NCBI GenBank assembly: GCA_045837725.1
Contig: JBEWZL010000162.1
Coordinates: forward strand, 62,001-126,000
DNA length: 64,000 nucleotides
Source: Vermamoeba vermiformis
Taxonomy: Eukaryota
Direction of reading: 5' to 3'
In this document: positions 1-13,290 of the stretch, one piece after another
Layout: each line of letters begins with the position of its first letter
Numbering within the stretch: the first letter of the stretch is position 1
Notes under the pieces: model-generated
The model's input: the letters and a program-made list of their open reading frames with translations, nothing else
The model's database searches: none
What the model was told of the DNA's origin: nothing
Made by a program: the position numbers and the translations under genes

Positions 1-3000
1 AATAAGTTTTTTCTCGTCTTTTTGTGCTTTCGGAACATCTTGAGCATTATTTCTTTGACTTCTTGAATATTCCGTCGATTTCTGCCAACATATTTTTTTT
101 GAGTTGTAACGAATCCGCTAAATAATTCTACTTGATGCTCCATAATTGTCTGTATTCGATCTAAATATGGATTCAATGGCACATAGAATTCTTCAATCAA
201 TTCGATTTTCTCGCAAAACAAGTCTTTCAAAGCCAACAGCATAAAAGCGACATTTTGCATCGCTTGAACGGTTCTGCCTAAATTTTTCCGCCTTTGAGGA
301 CTCACTAACTCTTGTCTAGCTTCTTTTAATAGCCGAGATTGATTCACCGTGTTGAAATTTAGCTGAGCTATTCTTCGTCCAAGTTCCTCTTCTTTCTGTC
401 GGTATTCATGGACTTGCATGCCTTGAACAATAATATTACACGCTTCTTTTAACGACTGTTGTAATGAATCTCGTAGTCGATGCAAGGCTAGGGACGGATA
501 TATAAGAGACCCTAAGAAGGCGATAATGATTCCTATAAAAACAGTTAGATCTCGTTCGTTCGAAACTTTCAGCCTCGTAAGCAACGTACCAAAAATGATC
601 ACCAGCGATCGTGCAATAGCGTAATAAATATCTGCTGAAGTAAAAGGGTATTGCGAGTAAACTACAATCTGATAGGTCAAATTCGCAACAATCCTAAAAA
701 ATGGATTAGCAATCCAAATTTACCATAAAAGGAAATTTGAATGAATAATATTACGTACAATGAATATGGTCTATCATAAGCTGTACTATGTTGCAAATAA
801 GTCGCTGAGAAGTAGAATAGGAAACCGAAAGTATAGACGATGGCAAGTCCTTCAGGATAAACCAGGGACGCTAGGTAGACCGTGAGCTCTCCAAATAAAG
901 CACCAATTACTGATCCTAGAATACGTTCAATCGATCTATAATGAATTTAGTAAATATCCAATAAAAAACTTGTTCGGATTTACCTTTGCCAAGTGGATCC
1001 AACCGACGGCATTAAGACTACTGCGACAGTAAATACCGCCCATACTCCGCGAATGTATCGCGGGTAATCGCTTAACTGTCTATTCACAAAGATCATAATC
1101 ACCGAGACTATGCCGAGTAAGATCGGCAAACGAATGACGTAAGCCATTGAGATCTTGTTGTTAATGAACTGAGGAGCTGTTTTTTTAAGCTGTGCTCGTT
1201 CTTTGGATTTGCTAACGAATATACCTATGCTCAAATCGTTAAATAAAGCTTGCGAAACTCGGATTTGGATTTGGACTTACTTTTTGCGAAATGTACGACG
1301 GTATTGTACAGATCTTTAACAGGTTTAGCGAAAAAATATGCTAGTGTTGATCCATAGCCCCATGAAGAGTCGCTGTGAATTCTCGCGTTCAGTTCGAAAA
1401 TTTTGTGGTCGATCTTGTACAATTTCTCAGGCAAGTTAACCAGACGCCAAATATAGAAGTTAACACGTGATGCTTCTTTTGTAGGAGCCAATTTGATGTT
1501 ACCACCTTCATCCTCGTCTCGTGGCTTCAATGTTTCTTGAAGTTCGAACTTGATCCTGTTGCTAAGTTCGACCAACCTATGCAACAGTTGTTAATTATTT
1601 CCTTTTAAGGAAATTTTGTAAACTTACTTCTGCTGGCTAGCACATGCTTTTTCAGCATTTCCAAGCTCGACATTGACGTGTCTTCGGTTTTGAAAGTCGT
1701 GCAAAAACACCCTCTCGGCGCGGGTCTCAATTACTTTCATTCGCTTTTCAATCTAAAAAAATATTTAATAAGAACATATAAAAGACAAAATGGATTCGTC
1801 GAGGACTATTAAACCCGCGTATCATACCTCTTGGGACATTTCATTGAGTAATGGAATGATGACCCATATTCTGTTTGCAATACGTGTGTCAATCGCACCT
1901 TCGAACATTAAATGCATCGTGAGCATGTGACGCAGTAACATTTCAGTGTTGAGAAGAATGTTGCTTTCAATTTCTCGCAGCTCCGGTGACGCCCAACTAA
2001 ATGACGATAAAAAGTTAGATACCAATAAAGAAATTAACGAAGCTTCGCATAGAACGTAATGGTAATAATAATATGCGTTTTCAATTGAAATGGAATAGCT
2101 ACTTACAGCTCAAGCTTGATCTGATCTCGGATTCGGTTCATTCGTAAAATCTTTCGTCCGACGACTTTGTGCCACTTATCTGATTTGATTTCATATTTAA
2201 TTGCGAGATCTAAATAGAAGAGTTAAATTTCGTTCGCAAATTCGAAACAGATCCAACTTACCTTCAGCTTCTTCGCCAAGTTTACCAGCAGCTTCTTGTA
2301 CTCTAGTGTCAAATATGTTTCTCATCTTCGCCAGCAGTTTGCGCGCCGAGTTGATTGCCTGCGACACTTCGTTGTGCATGCGAACTGTGTACCGTGCTGG
2401 ATACAACATTGAGACCAGCATCGCTAAAATGCCTAGAAATCATTATTAATAATATTATTATTATTCATCGTATTATTATAGATGTGCGAGTCTTAATTGA
2501 AAATGGATCGTAGTAAAATTTGCGGTTTTACGGCACTTACTCGCAAACAACAGGGCAATGAATGCTTGGACGGGAGGAGCCATATAATAGTTGTCATAGA
2601 TGCCAGCAGGCAACTCGCTCCTATAGTCGTTGGTGATATCGTAGTACGGCGCATATGAGAACAACAACACCGTGCCCATCATGAAGCCACAGACACGAAT
2701 GACTGGCAGTCCGAGGGCCAATGTCGGGTCATAAAGGCCAATGCAGAAGGCTACTCCAAAGATGGCAATCATATAAACCGCTACAGCTATCCAAACTGAG
2801 TATAACGTAGCGGGAAATAATGCCAAGTTGATGATTAGTGCTAAGATATTGGCGCGTATTTGACTGGACACGAAATTCATCGTTCCGCTCAAAACATTCG
2901 AAAAACAAAGCGCGTAGCCGGCCATAAGCGAAACCCTATCGATAAATTTTCGTATTAACAAGAGAAGGCAGTGTTACTAAGCAGAAATCACGATCTAGGC

Positions 3001-3333
3001 GGGTAAAAAAAATAAAATACGGAATTTCGTTTCCGTGGATCCCGCTAAGGACGAATTTTAACTATAAACGCGCTTAAAAATATAATGATCGTAATATTAC
3101 GAACTTACCATATAGACATGAGAGGTTGAAACACGACAGACATTTCTGGTACAAAAAAGAAAATAGTGCCAATTGTAATTCCAATTGCTGTTCGTAGACT
3201 CGTCATTAAACGAGTTTCAGACAATATTAATTTGCCTAATCTAATTTTTCCACGCTTATAAATCCTATAAATGACATAATTAGCATTATTCCTAGCTTCT
3301 ACGAGAAATAGCCTGCAGATCTTACCTTGTCAT
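1..3333 (-). CDS. Multi-pass membrane protein, FUSC/aromatic acid exporter (ArAE/ALMT-like) family, copy 1; 3' end runs off the window
   Basis: ATG ACA AG|gtaag at 3333. Multi-exon. Contains the FUSC_2-like motif RGVWAVFTVAVVLMPSVGSTWQR-SIERILGSVIGA and two TM clusters separated by helical regions. Colinear paralog at 5259-8657. Confidence 0.75.
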
Positions 3334-4615
3334 CGTGTAAATCGGATTATTGTACAATTGGATACATATGGTAGCGGTAAATAATATATAATCGATTTAG
3401 AAAATATAAAGACGCGATAAAGCGGCATGACGGGATGCAGTTTTCAACCAAATTCCAAAAGAATTTTTCGGAGCGGCCATCAAAGGAAATAATAACCGTT
3501 GATCATGTGAATATTACTAATCACCGCAGAAAATAAAGACTGATTTGGGCGCCGAAAAGTAGCTTTCGATATTTTTGTAAGATTTTTTCTGATCTGCTAC
3601 AAATTGTTAAATAATATTTTATCCGTGTAAAAATACAAAATTATTTGGTTGCATTACTGTAAAAGATTATTACAAACAAGCCAGAATTAGGTAAAATGTG
3701 GCTTAATTAACTGTAGTACCGAACACGCCGTACTCCCTCGTTTGTCGTTTATACAACGTACCATGTTTTAAGTGTTCACATTCATGTAATAACTGATTTT
3801 CGTGCGTTGTTGCATCTTGATCAGGAACAGTTCACAAATAACATTTTGCTCGTGGCGGGCACTTCTCATTCTTGCAAACAACCAAAACTATCAACAATAT
3901 GTAGTACGATGATAGTTCAAGCGAAAGCAACCTATTCCGCCACCGCAGAAGACCGGTCTAATTTGGCGCCCACTGAGATCTGAGATTGAAGTAGGTAATT
4001 TTGCACGAGATGAATTATATAATGACATGCAATCACGTGGCGAATTTATAGCAAAGAAGTAATCAGTTTAGTTTGGAATGATTTAATAATTTTTGCAATC
4101 CGATCCAGGATTTTTCCTTCGAAGCAAATCAAAAATTCAACATTTCCTTGCCGGATCTTACTAATTTAATTTGAATTGGACGAGCGATGGATGACAGTAG
4201 ATTGCGCTGAACCTAATCAAAATATCTTCTCGCTGCGGGCCATAGCCAATCAAACAGACTTCTGAGCAGCGCAAACACGCATATCATTTTGAAAACGTAT
4301 TAATCTCTGCGCCCAAGAAATCTATGCGATGTGCTGTCGACGCAGTAAATATTGCTAGTACTCGATCGTTATTTACGGCGGCTAATAGGCATCATACAGC
4401 AATTAAACACTACCTGCAACAAGCGCATTATCTTAATTAACGCCAAAAACACCAGCTTGTACTCATCAGCATGGTAGGATCCATTTACGACGCACAAATT
4501 ATCTTTTTTTTGTTGAGATATTTCATATTAAGTAAGCTCAAAAATTGAGTTATATTTGTACATTAATGCAAATACTTCCAAACGTTAAAAATATATTGCA
4601 ATACAACGCAGCAGG

Positions 4616-4820
4616 AAAAACATCAACCCCCAAACGGCGAACTACTGAACTTTGTCCGAAGAACCCAGAAGATTCGACCGGGCGAGGAGGGGGCCGAGGA
4701 ACCTCCAGGCGGCGAGGCGATGGGCTGGCCATTCCAAGAGGAGATCTGGGTCAGGACCCTGCTTTATCGGTTTTCACCAAATATTTTACGGCCGCCCGCA
4801 GTTCGGCGACGGTGGCGTTA
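4616..4820 (-). ncRNA. Candidate structured non-coding RNA (~200 nt, family unknown)
   Basis: GC-rich island in an AT-rich intergenic region. The minus strand folds by eye into a long imperfect terminal helix, an internal GACCCAGA/UCUGGGUU helix and a GAAA-capped hairpin, followed by TTTTT. Confidence 0.35.
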
Positions 4821-5258
4821 TTAATAAAATTATATGGGGAAGAAATAAAGAAGAAAATTTGTCGAAAGGAGAGCCAAGGGCCAAATTCAAACAATTAAAT
4901 TGAACGAAATAAAGGAAGGATAGTAGTTTTTGGTATTGTATTCTAGAAGAAGAAATAATAAATTTTGATTTTCCTATTGTAAGCTGAGTTTATTGTTTTG
5001 TGAAATAATAAAGGTTGGTATTTTTGAGAAAATCATCAACAACAACATCACAAAGGTCTGGGATATCTAACATTTGTGGAAGATCCATCTGATGTACAAA
5101 CCTGGTACTGTGAGAAGGGTACATCATAACGGATCTGCAACAAACGTCAGCATGACAGGCCTTCAGTGTCGCAAAAGTATTTGCCAGGGCATCACTATTA
5201 GTTGTCACCTTTAACTCTGGTGATTTGATGTGCTTGGTACATAATCATTTGCTGTTCG

Positions 5259-8200
5259 CTACTGTATAAAGGGAGAATAATTTAACACCAATATTGTATT
5301 GCTTTCATATGATAAAGCAATCAACATCTCCCAACTGATGAGCAGATCTCGAAGAACAAATAAGTAAGAATGAAACTGGACCATCTGTGGCTGAAATGAA
5401 TAAATGAGTCTCTTCTGTAATAAGTTTTTTCTCGTCTTTTTGTGCTTGCGGAACATCTTGAGCATGATTTCTTTGACTTCTTGAATGTTCCGACGATTTC
5501 TGCCAACATATTTTTTCTGCGTTGTAACAAACTTGCTGAATAACTCTACTTGGTGTTGAACGATCTGCTGTATTTGATTCAAGTATGGGTTCAATGGCAC
5601 GTAGAACTCGTCAATCAACTCAATTTTCTCGCAAAACAAGTCCTTCAAAGCCAACAGCATAAAAGCGACATTTTGCATCGCTTTCACTGTTCTAGCCAAG
5701 TTTTTCCGCCGGCCAAAACCTATTAGTTCTTGTCTAGCTTCTTTTAATAGCCTTAATTGCTCTACCGTGTTGAAATTAAGTTGATCTATTCTTCTCTGAA
5801 GTTCTTCATTCTTTTGCTTGTATTCTCGCACTTGCATGCCTTGCACGATAATACTGCATGCCTCTTTTAACGACTTTTCTAGCGATGCTCGCAAAAAAGT
5901 CAACGACAGTGACGGATATATCAGTGAGCCAAGAAAGGCAATTATAATTCCTATGAATAAAGTGTCAGGAAATTTTCGAATCTGGTCGAAGGTGAATTAA
6001 GCTTACCAAATATGACTACTAATGATCGCGCTATAGCAAAATAAATATCTGCCGATACGAATGGATACTGGGCATAGACGACAGTTTGGTACGTTAAATT
6101 CGCTACGATTCTGATCATTCGGAAATTAGCTAATATTTTCTCAGCATTATTGCTACTTACAATGAATAAGGCCTATCATATGCGGTGCTGTGCTGCAAAT
6201 AAGTTGCCAGGAAATAGTACAAAAATCCGAAAGTGAAGGCAATGGTCAAGCCATCATAAGGAGCCACTGATGCGACATAGACCGTAAATTCGGCAAAAAT
6301 AGCTCCGATGAGCGATCCTATGATACGTTCAAACGATCTAGAAATTGACCAATCAGCGACGAGCAATAAAATCTCGTTGGTATCTCGACGTACCTTTGCC
6401 AAGTTGCTCCAACGGATGGCATTAATACTACAGCAACTGTATATATAGCCCATACTCCTCTAATGTATCGTGGATACTCCGTCAGTTGCCGATTAACGAG
6501 AATAATGACTACGGAGACGATGCCGAGAATGATCGGCAAACGGATCACGTAAGACCACGAAATCTTGTTACGAACGAACTCACGAGATGTTCGCTTTAAC
6601 ATTTCGCGTTCTTTTGATTTTCTAACGAAAAGACCTTTAGAAAACCTTAGTTAGACTTGATTGGATTCGGATGCAGATCTTGACTTACTTCGCAGGAAAT
6701 GTTTCGTAGAATACACCAAGTCTATAAATGGCTTTTGAAAGAAGTACGCCATAGAAGACCAATATTTCCATGAACGATCGCTGCGGATCTTGGTGCTGAG
6801 CTCGGAAATTTTGTGGTCGATCTGGTACAGCTTGTCCGGCAAATTAACCAGGCGCCAAATATAGAAGTTAACACGTGATGCTTCTTTAGTCGGAGCTAAC
6901 TTGATTGCGCCTTCACCCTCGCCACGGGGCTTGAGAGTTTTTTGAAGTTCAAACTTGATCCGATCACCAAGTTCATTCAACCTTTGCAACGTTAGTAATT
7001 ATTTCCTTTTAAGGAAATTTCACGAACTTACTTCTTTTGGCTAGCACATGCTCTTTCAGCGTTTCCGAGCTCAATATCGACATGTCTCTTGTTTTGAAAG
7101 CCATGCAAAAATACCCTTTCAGCGCGTCTCTCGATCACCTTCATTTGCCGCTCAATCTAATTAAAGGACCTAATTAATACTGGCAACGATATTAAAAGTA
7201 TATTATGCCTTACCTCGAAAGACATTTCGTTGAGCAGTGGAAAGATGACCCATATTCTCGTTGCAATACGCGTGTCAATCGCACCTTCGAACACCAAGTG
7301 CATCGTGAGCATATGACGCAGTAACATTTCAGTGTTGAGAAGAATGTTGCTTTCAATCTCTCGCAACTCCGGTGACACCCAACTAAACGATGATAATAGT
7401 AAGATATTTGAAGTATGTGCTAGGTGATCGGATACAAATGACTGGTAACTTACAGTTCCGATTTAATATGATCACGTATCTTATTCATACGGACAATCTT
7501 TCGTCCAACAACTTTGTGCCACTTATCAGATTCTATCTCAAATTTGATCGCCAAATCTACCGCACAGCGTTAGGTCCACCGACCAATTAAGTCTTTGCCT
7601 TGCTTACCTTCAGCTTCTTCGCCGAGTTTTCCAGCTGCCTCTTGTACTCTCGTGTCAAATATTTTCCTCATCGTGGCGAGTAACTTGCGCGAGGCATTTA
7701 TTGCCTGCGAGACCTCGTTGTGCATTTTAACGGTGTATCGCATTGGGTAAAGCATTGATACTACCATACTAATAAGACCTGTAAAATATTAAAGTTAAAC
7801 ACGTAATTTCTACGCTGAATCGATCGATAAATCTCCTTTCATTTAATAATGCCGATAATAGCTCCGTGTGGACATGACTTACTTGCAAATAATAGTACCA
7901 TAAACGCTTGAATAGGTGGAGACATATAGAAGTTATCGTAAATGCCATCCGGCAACTCGCTTCTGAAGTCATTGGTGATGTTGTAGTACGGTAAATATGA
8001 AAATAACAGTGCCGTGCCAATCATAAATCCACAGACGCGTAGCACTGGAAGAATAGGACCTAGTACCGGGTCGTAAAGGCCTATAACAAGTGCTACGAAA
8101 AATATGGCGATCATATAACTCGCTACGGCTATCCAAACTGAGTATAGGGTGACCGGAAATAATGCCAAATTAACTAATAATGTTATTACGTTGGCATGTA

Positions 8201-8657
8201 TTTGACTGGAGATGAAATTCATCGTGCCGACCAGATCGTTCGAAAAGCAAAGAGCGTTGCCAGCCATTAGCGGAACCCTATGAAAGATTCATCGTATTAT
8301 TACAATGATTATAGAACTCGCGTAATTTGAGTAATAAAAATAAGATTTGAAATTTCGGTTTGTTATGGATCCGCAGTAACTTTGCTACCCAATGCACATT
8401 TCTTAAAAATTTCGTGAGTAAACTACTTAATTATGACTTACCAAATAGCCATGAGAGGTTGAAACACGACAGACATTTCTGGTACAAAAAAGAAAATCGA
8501 TCCGATGGTAATTCCAATCGCCGTTCGTAGACTCGTCATTAAACGAGTTTCAGACAATATTAATTTGCCTAATCTAATTTTTCCACGCTTATAAATCCTA
8601 TAAATGACAGTATTGATCAGCTTTGTTCCAGTTAAATTTGCGATCTTACCTTGCCAT
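5259..8657 (-). CDS. FUSC/ArAE-type membrane protein, copy 2 (tandem paralog)
   Basis: ATG GCA AG|gtaag at 8657. Same exon structure as copy 1. First in-frame stop (TAG) is at 5259, but the true 3' end could extend toward ~5180 or 4990. Confidence 0.75.
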
Positions 8658-9082
8658 CGTAACTATCCGTATATAAATAATACAAGTGAATACATATGTT
8701 TGCAATTGTAATAAGTGAATATAACTGCAGGATTTACTCACCGGCCAAAATTCTGTGCGGATTCAGTTTTCAATCAATTTTCAATAAAAATTTCTCGAGT
8801 TAACTAACAAAAGAATAAAAAATTCTTCTCTACGGTTGTAATTTTTTCTGGTTCGAATTAGAGGCGTGGAGTAACAATCCATTTTTACTCGAGTAATCAA
8901 GATCAAATCTACCGAGCTAGAGGCCATCTTCGACTGCTTAAGTTGCTTCTAAGTGCATTCTAGGATATTATATCCTATTTAACGAGAGATTGTTGCACGT
9001 CATTTCATGTACGTAAGAAAATGAAATAAATCGTTTCTTTTGGGCACTTCACACAAGCCAGCCAGTCCGCAAATAAGGTAGT

Positions 9083-10700
9083 TTATTCATTTACAAGTTG
9101 ATACCGTCGCTCTCTATTAAGCGCATTTGTTACTCTTGCGTACACGCTTTCTGGCAAAATACTGCTGATCAGCACAAGCACTGCCAATCCTACGCACAGC
9201 CAAGCAAATGCATCGCCAATATAATCGTATACTGTAAATACTCGACGAGGAGCATCAGGTAGTATCATTGAATAAGTGCTATGATAGTCATCAGGATAAA
9301 AACTGATCCACTTTCCGTCTGGTGTAAACACGCCTGAATATCCATCAGACGAGCAGCGAATCAATGTAAATCCGTGCTCGATGCTTCTAACTGCGTTGAT
9401 ACGAGCATGATACTCCCCAATAGCACCCCACGTGTCCGAGGGTTGAACGAGGTACTGTGCGGATCTGGGTGTGGTCGCGATGTACTGCGGGAAATCCAAG
9501 TCGAAGCAAATAGCCGTTGAGATGCTTCCGATGTTTGTATCGGCCACGAAGATCTCGCCAGGGCCAGGCACAACTGAATCCTCGACTCCAGGCACCGGAT
9601 GTCGCTTTTTGTACGAATACTTCAGCTCGCCATTGTGATCGATCAAAGCGGCCCAATTGAAGTTATCTATATTAGTACTATATGCTGTTACTATTGACAC
9701 GTTGTACTTCTTGGCAAGTTGCTGCATGTTCGTCATACTTCCATTATATACCGTCGTACTTAACTCGCTCCAAACGATCAAAGAGTACGTTGGATCCGCC
9801 TTCAAAAATTGTTCGGTCGTCTCATAGTCTCCGCTCAATAAACATCCTACTTTGTGCTGATTCATAGAGGTCCTACCGTTCTCATGTTGATAGAAATTTC
9901 CGGTCGATAGAGTCGTTTGTAAAGATCCGCAAGTCGTGGCAAGTATGAAGGTGACCACGATGACTTTCATCAATAAATTCTTTTGTGGCGCTCGATTTTC
10001 ATCGCTCCAAAGCACGATAAATATTCCCATGCCCGCCCACGATAATATGAAGCTAATGCCTGATATGCCAAAGAAAGCTGCAAACATGATTATGGCTCGC
10101 ACATCCACTTGTGAGTACGCGGGATGTGGAAAGTCTCCAATCGGCAAAACCATCGGTAATAGGAACCAAAATGCTGTATATAATATTGGCAGTAACGTTG
10201 ATAGTGCTACGAACTTCCAGCCAGTTGTGTAAGACTTGAAAAGTCGCCAAAGCCGGTATGACGGGATGTAGACTAAAACGTGTTGTAAAAGGCCGAGCAC
10301 AGCAGCAATCCCGAGAACTACAACCGGGCTATTATCTGAAGGGAAGGAGTATGCGTAGCCTAATGTGTAGCCGAGCGCCAGTGCGATCCAAACGATCAAA
10401 AACTTCAAAATCGTCCAAAGCCAATAATTAATTGCTCTATTTCTTCTATGTAAAAGCAGTTGAATAAGGGGTATCTGTAGAAATGCTAAAAAGGGAAAAG
10501 AGCCGTTGAGGCCAAATCCAAATCCAGTCGAAATAAAAATTCCAATAAACAACCCAAGTATTGCGAATATTTCATATACTATTCTTCCACGATGACTAGC
10601 GGGCTCTAAATAAATTAAATGAATTAATGAGGGCTCATCCATTATTGGCTTGCTCAACGTCCTTACTCTTTTCCACAAAGCTTAAATCCATGTCCAACAT
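9083..10700 (-). CDS. Apolipoprotein N-acyltransferase (Lnt)-like protein: multi-TM domain plus CN-hydrolase (nitrilase) domain
   Basis: N-terminal TM helices with a YSQ motif. Nitrilase triad E (VWSE), K (YKKRHP), C (ICFD), then RSIEHG and a C-terminal TM with YDYIGDAF. Probable single 5' intron ~10607-10666 giving MLDMDLSFVEKKPASH. Confidence 0.85.
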
Positions 10701-10970
10701 CTGAGCATTATATTACTGTAAATAGTTGCAAAAAACTAATCGACCGCTGTTGTGGTGCGGATTTGAATTGAATTCAATAAATAAAAACGCTGAACTTCAG
10801 AGGAACCTCGACAAATTAGTGAGCCAAATGGTATTTTATAGATTAGTAGTCGTATAAGGAGGCTCTTGTCCCGTTCGCACGGAGCATAAGAGTTCAATTT
10901 CGATCTACAGCATTTTTTTGTGTTTTTTTTCTATCAGTTTTTTAGCGTTAAAGACCACAAGAGCAAAACA

Positions 10971-13117
10971 ATGGCAGGAGTGCAACAACAATTGACCCAA
11001 ATTGCGGGTATTGCCGATCAAAAGGCTCAAAGTGATGCTTACAAGCAACTTTTGGGCACTATTCAAAACAATGCCGCTGATCTTAAAACTTTCCTTCAAC
11101 ACAGTAAGGATCTCGCTTGCGTTGCCTAGAATTTGGTTAATAGATATTAATATAATATTTTTATAATATTAGTGGCCAGCGACGATACTCCTTTGGTCAC
11201 TTCTCGTCAAATCTTGGTAGATTATGCAACTCAAATTGCATCCTTACCAGCTGACTCCTTCAAAGAAGTCGCTACCTTCGCATTAGAGAAGCTTCAACCT
11301 CGTATTGTAGCCTTCGAAGAACAAGTTTCTATGATTAGAGAACGATTGGCAACTATTTATGAGAAGGAAGAAGATTCAAAGAAAGCAGCTCAAGTTTTGA
11401 TTGGTATTCCTCTTGAAGGTCAACGGTATGTTTATTTAAATGATTAATATTAATTATTCACTATTATTGAGCCACAAATAATAATTATTTTGAATTTTAT
11501 TCTATTTGGAAAAAATCAAGACTTACCCTTGACGTAAATTTATTTGCTCAATAATTAATTTGGCACATATAATAATCGTATTTACAATTTTACATGGCTC
11601 AGGATAAATTTTGAACCGAATCTGACGATTTTATTTTAGCGTTTTGACTCCAGATTACAAAACAAGCATTTACGTTAAAATTGCTACGTTGTTGATTGAT
11701 GCCGACGAGCACGTAGAAGCTGAACGATACTTGAACAAAGCTGCTGCTATCATTTCAAAATGCAAAGACCCTATGCTCCAACTCAAATACAAGGTAAGAT
11801 CTGCTTCAAATAATGTTAAAATTGGTTGCATTATGCATCATAATTACTTTTCTTCAATTTTACTTAATTTACCGCTTCAAATGAATTTTTCTGAGGCTAA
11901 ATCTGACTCGCGACCTTAAACGGTTTCGAAATCTGCTCTTGTAAATATTTCTCGAGTATATCAATAACACTAATATTACAGGCTTGCTTCGCACAAATTT
12001 TGGACTTCAAGCGAAAGTTCTACGAAGCCGCTTTGCACTACTACCAATTGTCTCAAATGGTCAACGAGGCTGAACAATTGCCCGCCTTAGAATCTGCTGC
12101 TATTTGCTCTATTTTGGCCTCCGCTGGTCCTCAACGGTAAGTTGATGCTTAATAAGGCTAAGCGACAATTACTAAATAAGGGAACACGATCCCACATCCA
12201 AAGCTTTTAAGCAGCGAAGCTGTTGAAATTAAATACATCTGCCGCATTTATAATATATTCGTGGCGATTATTTTGCTGACAGATTTTTCGCTTAGATCAC
12301 GTTTGTTGGCCACTTTGTACAAAGACGAACGAACTTCGAAGATTGCTGCCTTCCCTATTCTCGAGAAGATGTAAGTCCTCATTAATATTAGTTGTGCATA
12401 AATACAATCAAAGCAATACCGTAGAAACAAATTACATAATTAGCTTTGACATCTTGTTAACGACAATGTTTGCTGCTGGATGCCGCCGTTTGTTTGGGCA
12501 AACGTTTTAACCTCATTCAATTCAAATAGGTTCTTGGATCGAATTATCCGAAAGACAGAAGTCGACAAGTTCAACGAGATGTTGGAAGAACATCAAACTG
12601 CCATCACTTCTGACGGCTTCAAGGTCAACGAACGTGCCATCATCGAGCACAACATGCTTGCCGCTAGCAAGGTCTACAATAACATTACCTTCACCGAGTT
12701 GGGTTCTTTGTTGAATATTGACGCCGAGAAGGTAATTAAGCCGTTTTTGTAGCGAGATTTTGAGACCTTTCAATTATGCGTTGGCACGTGAACGGATCTA
12801 ATGGAGATTTTACTTGTAGGCTGAGAAGATTGCTGCCAAGATGATTGCTGAAGAGCGTATGACTGGTACTATCGATCAGACTAAGGGCACTATCTTCTTC
12901 GAGCGAGGTAAGAATTTTTGTTCGGGTTTGATCCGCATACTTTGATGGAAAATTTTCAGTTATATTTTTGAATGTATGGGCCCGTTATTAATATAGATCC
13001 ATTACAGAGGAAGGCAATACCTTGAACAAGTGGGATATGCACATTAAGAACGCTTGCGCTGTTGTCAATAACGTGTTGGATGTGCTCTCTGTCAAGCACC
13101 CTGAATTGATCAAGTAG
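10971..13117 (+). CDS. CSN4: COP9 signalosome subunit 4
   Basis: Motifs [37 protein letters not shown] and [21 protein letters not shown] (PCI domain). Eight introns. TAG at 13115-13117. Confidence 0.95.
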
Positions 13118-13290
13118 AACTCTTGTTGTATTAATTTTATAAACTTTTGATGTTTCTTTACACCAACTTAGCCTTACGATCATAATCTGCAGCTCGTGAA
13201 CTTCATTAACAATGAAAAAGTAGGATCACGTTAAGTTTTCTTGAAGTTGTATTTACAATTTATTACAAGGAATAGTATTTTTTCATAGTG

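Noticed and set aside
4545-4903. Overlapping ORFs across the GC-rich island
   Set aside because: No recognisable motif or splice context. Open frames are expected from locally high GC.
4990-5208. 72-aa minus-strand ORF as the last exon of membrane-protein copy 2
   Set aside because: I found no convincing splice or frame link from the exon ending at 5259, so it is left unassigned.
11463-11555. 10-bp inverted repeat in CSN4 intron 2 as a snoRNA or MITE
   Set aside because: No C/D or H/ACA boxes and no target-site duplication. It is plausible by chance in very AT-rich sequence.
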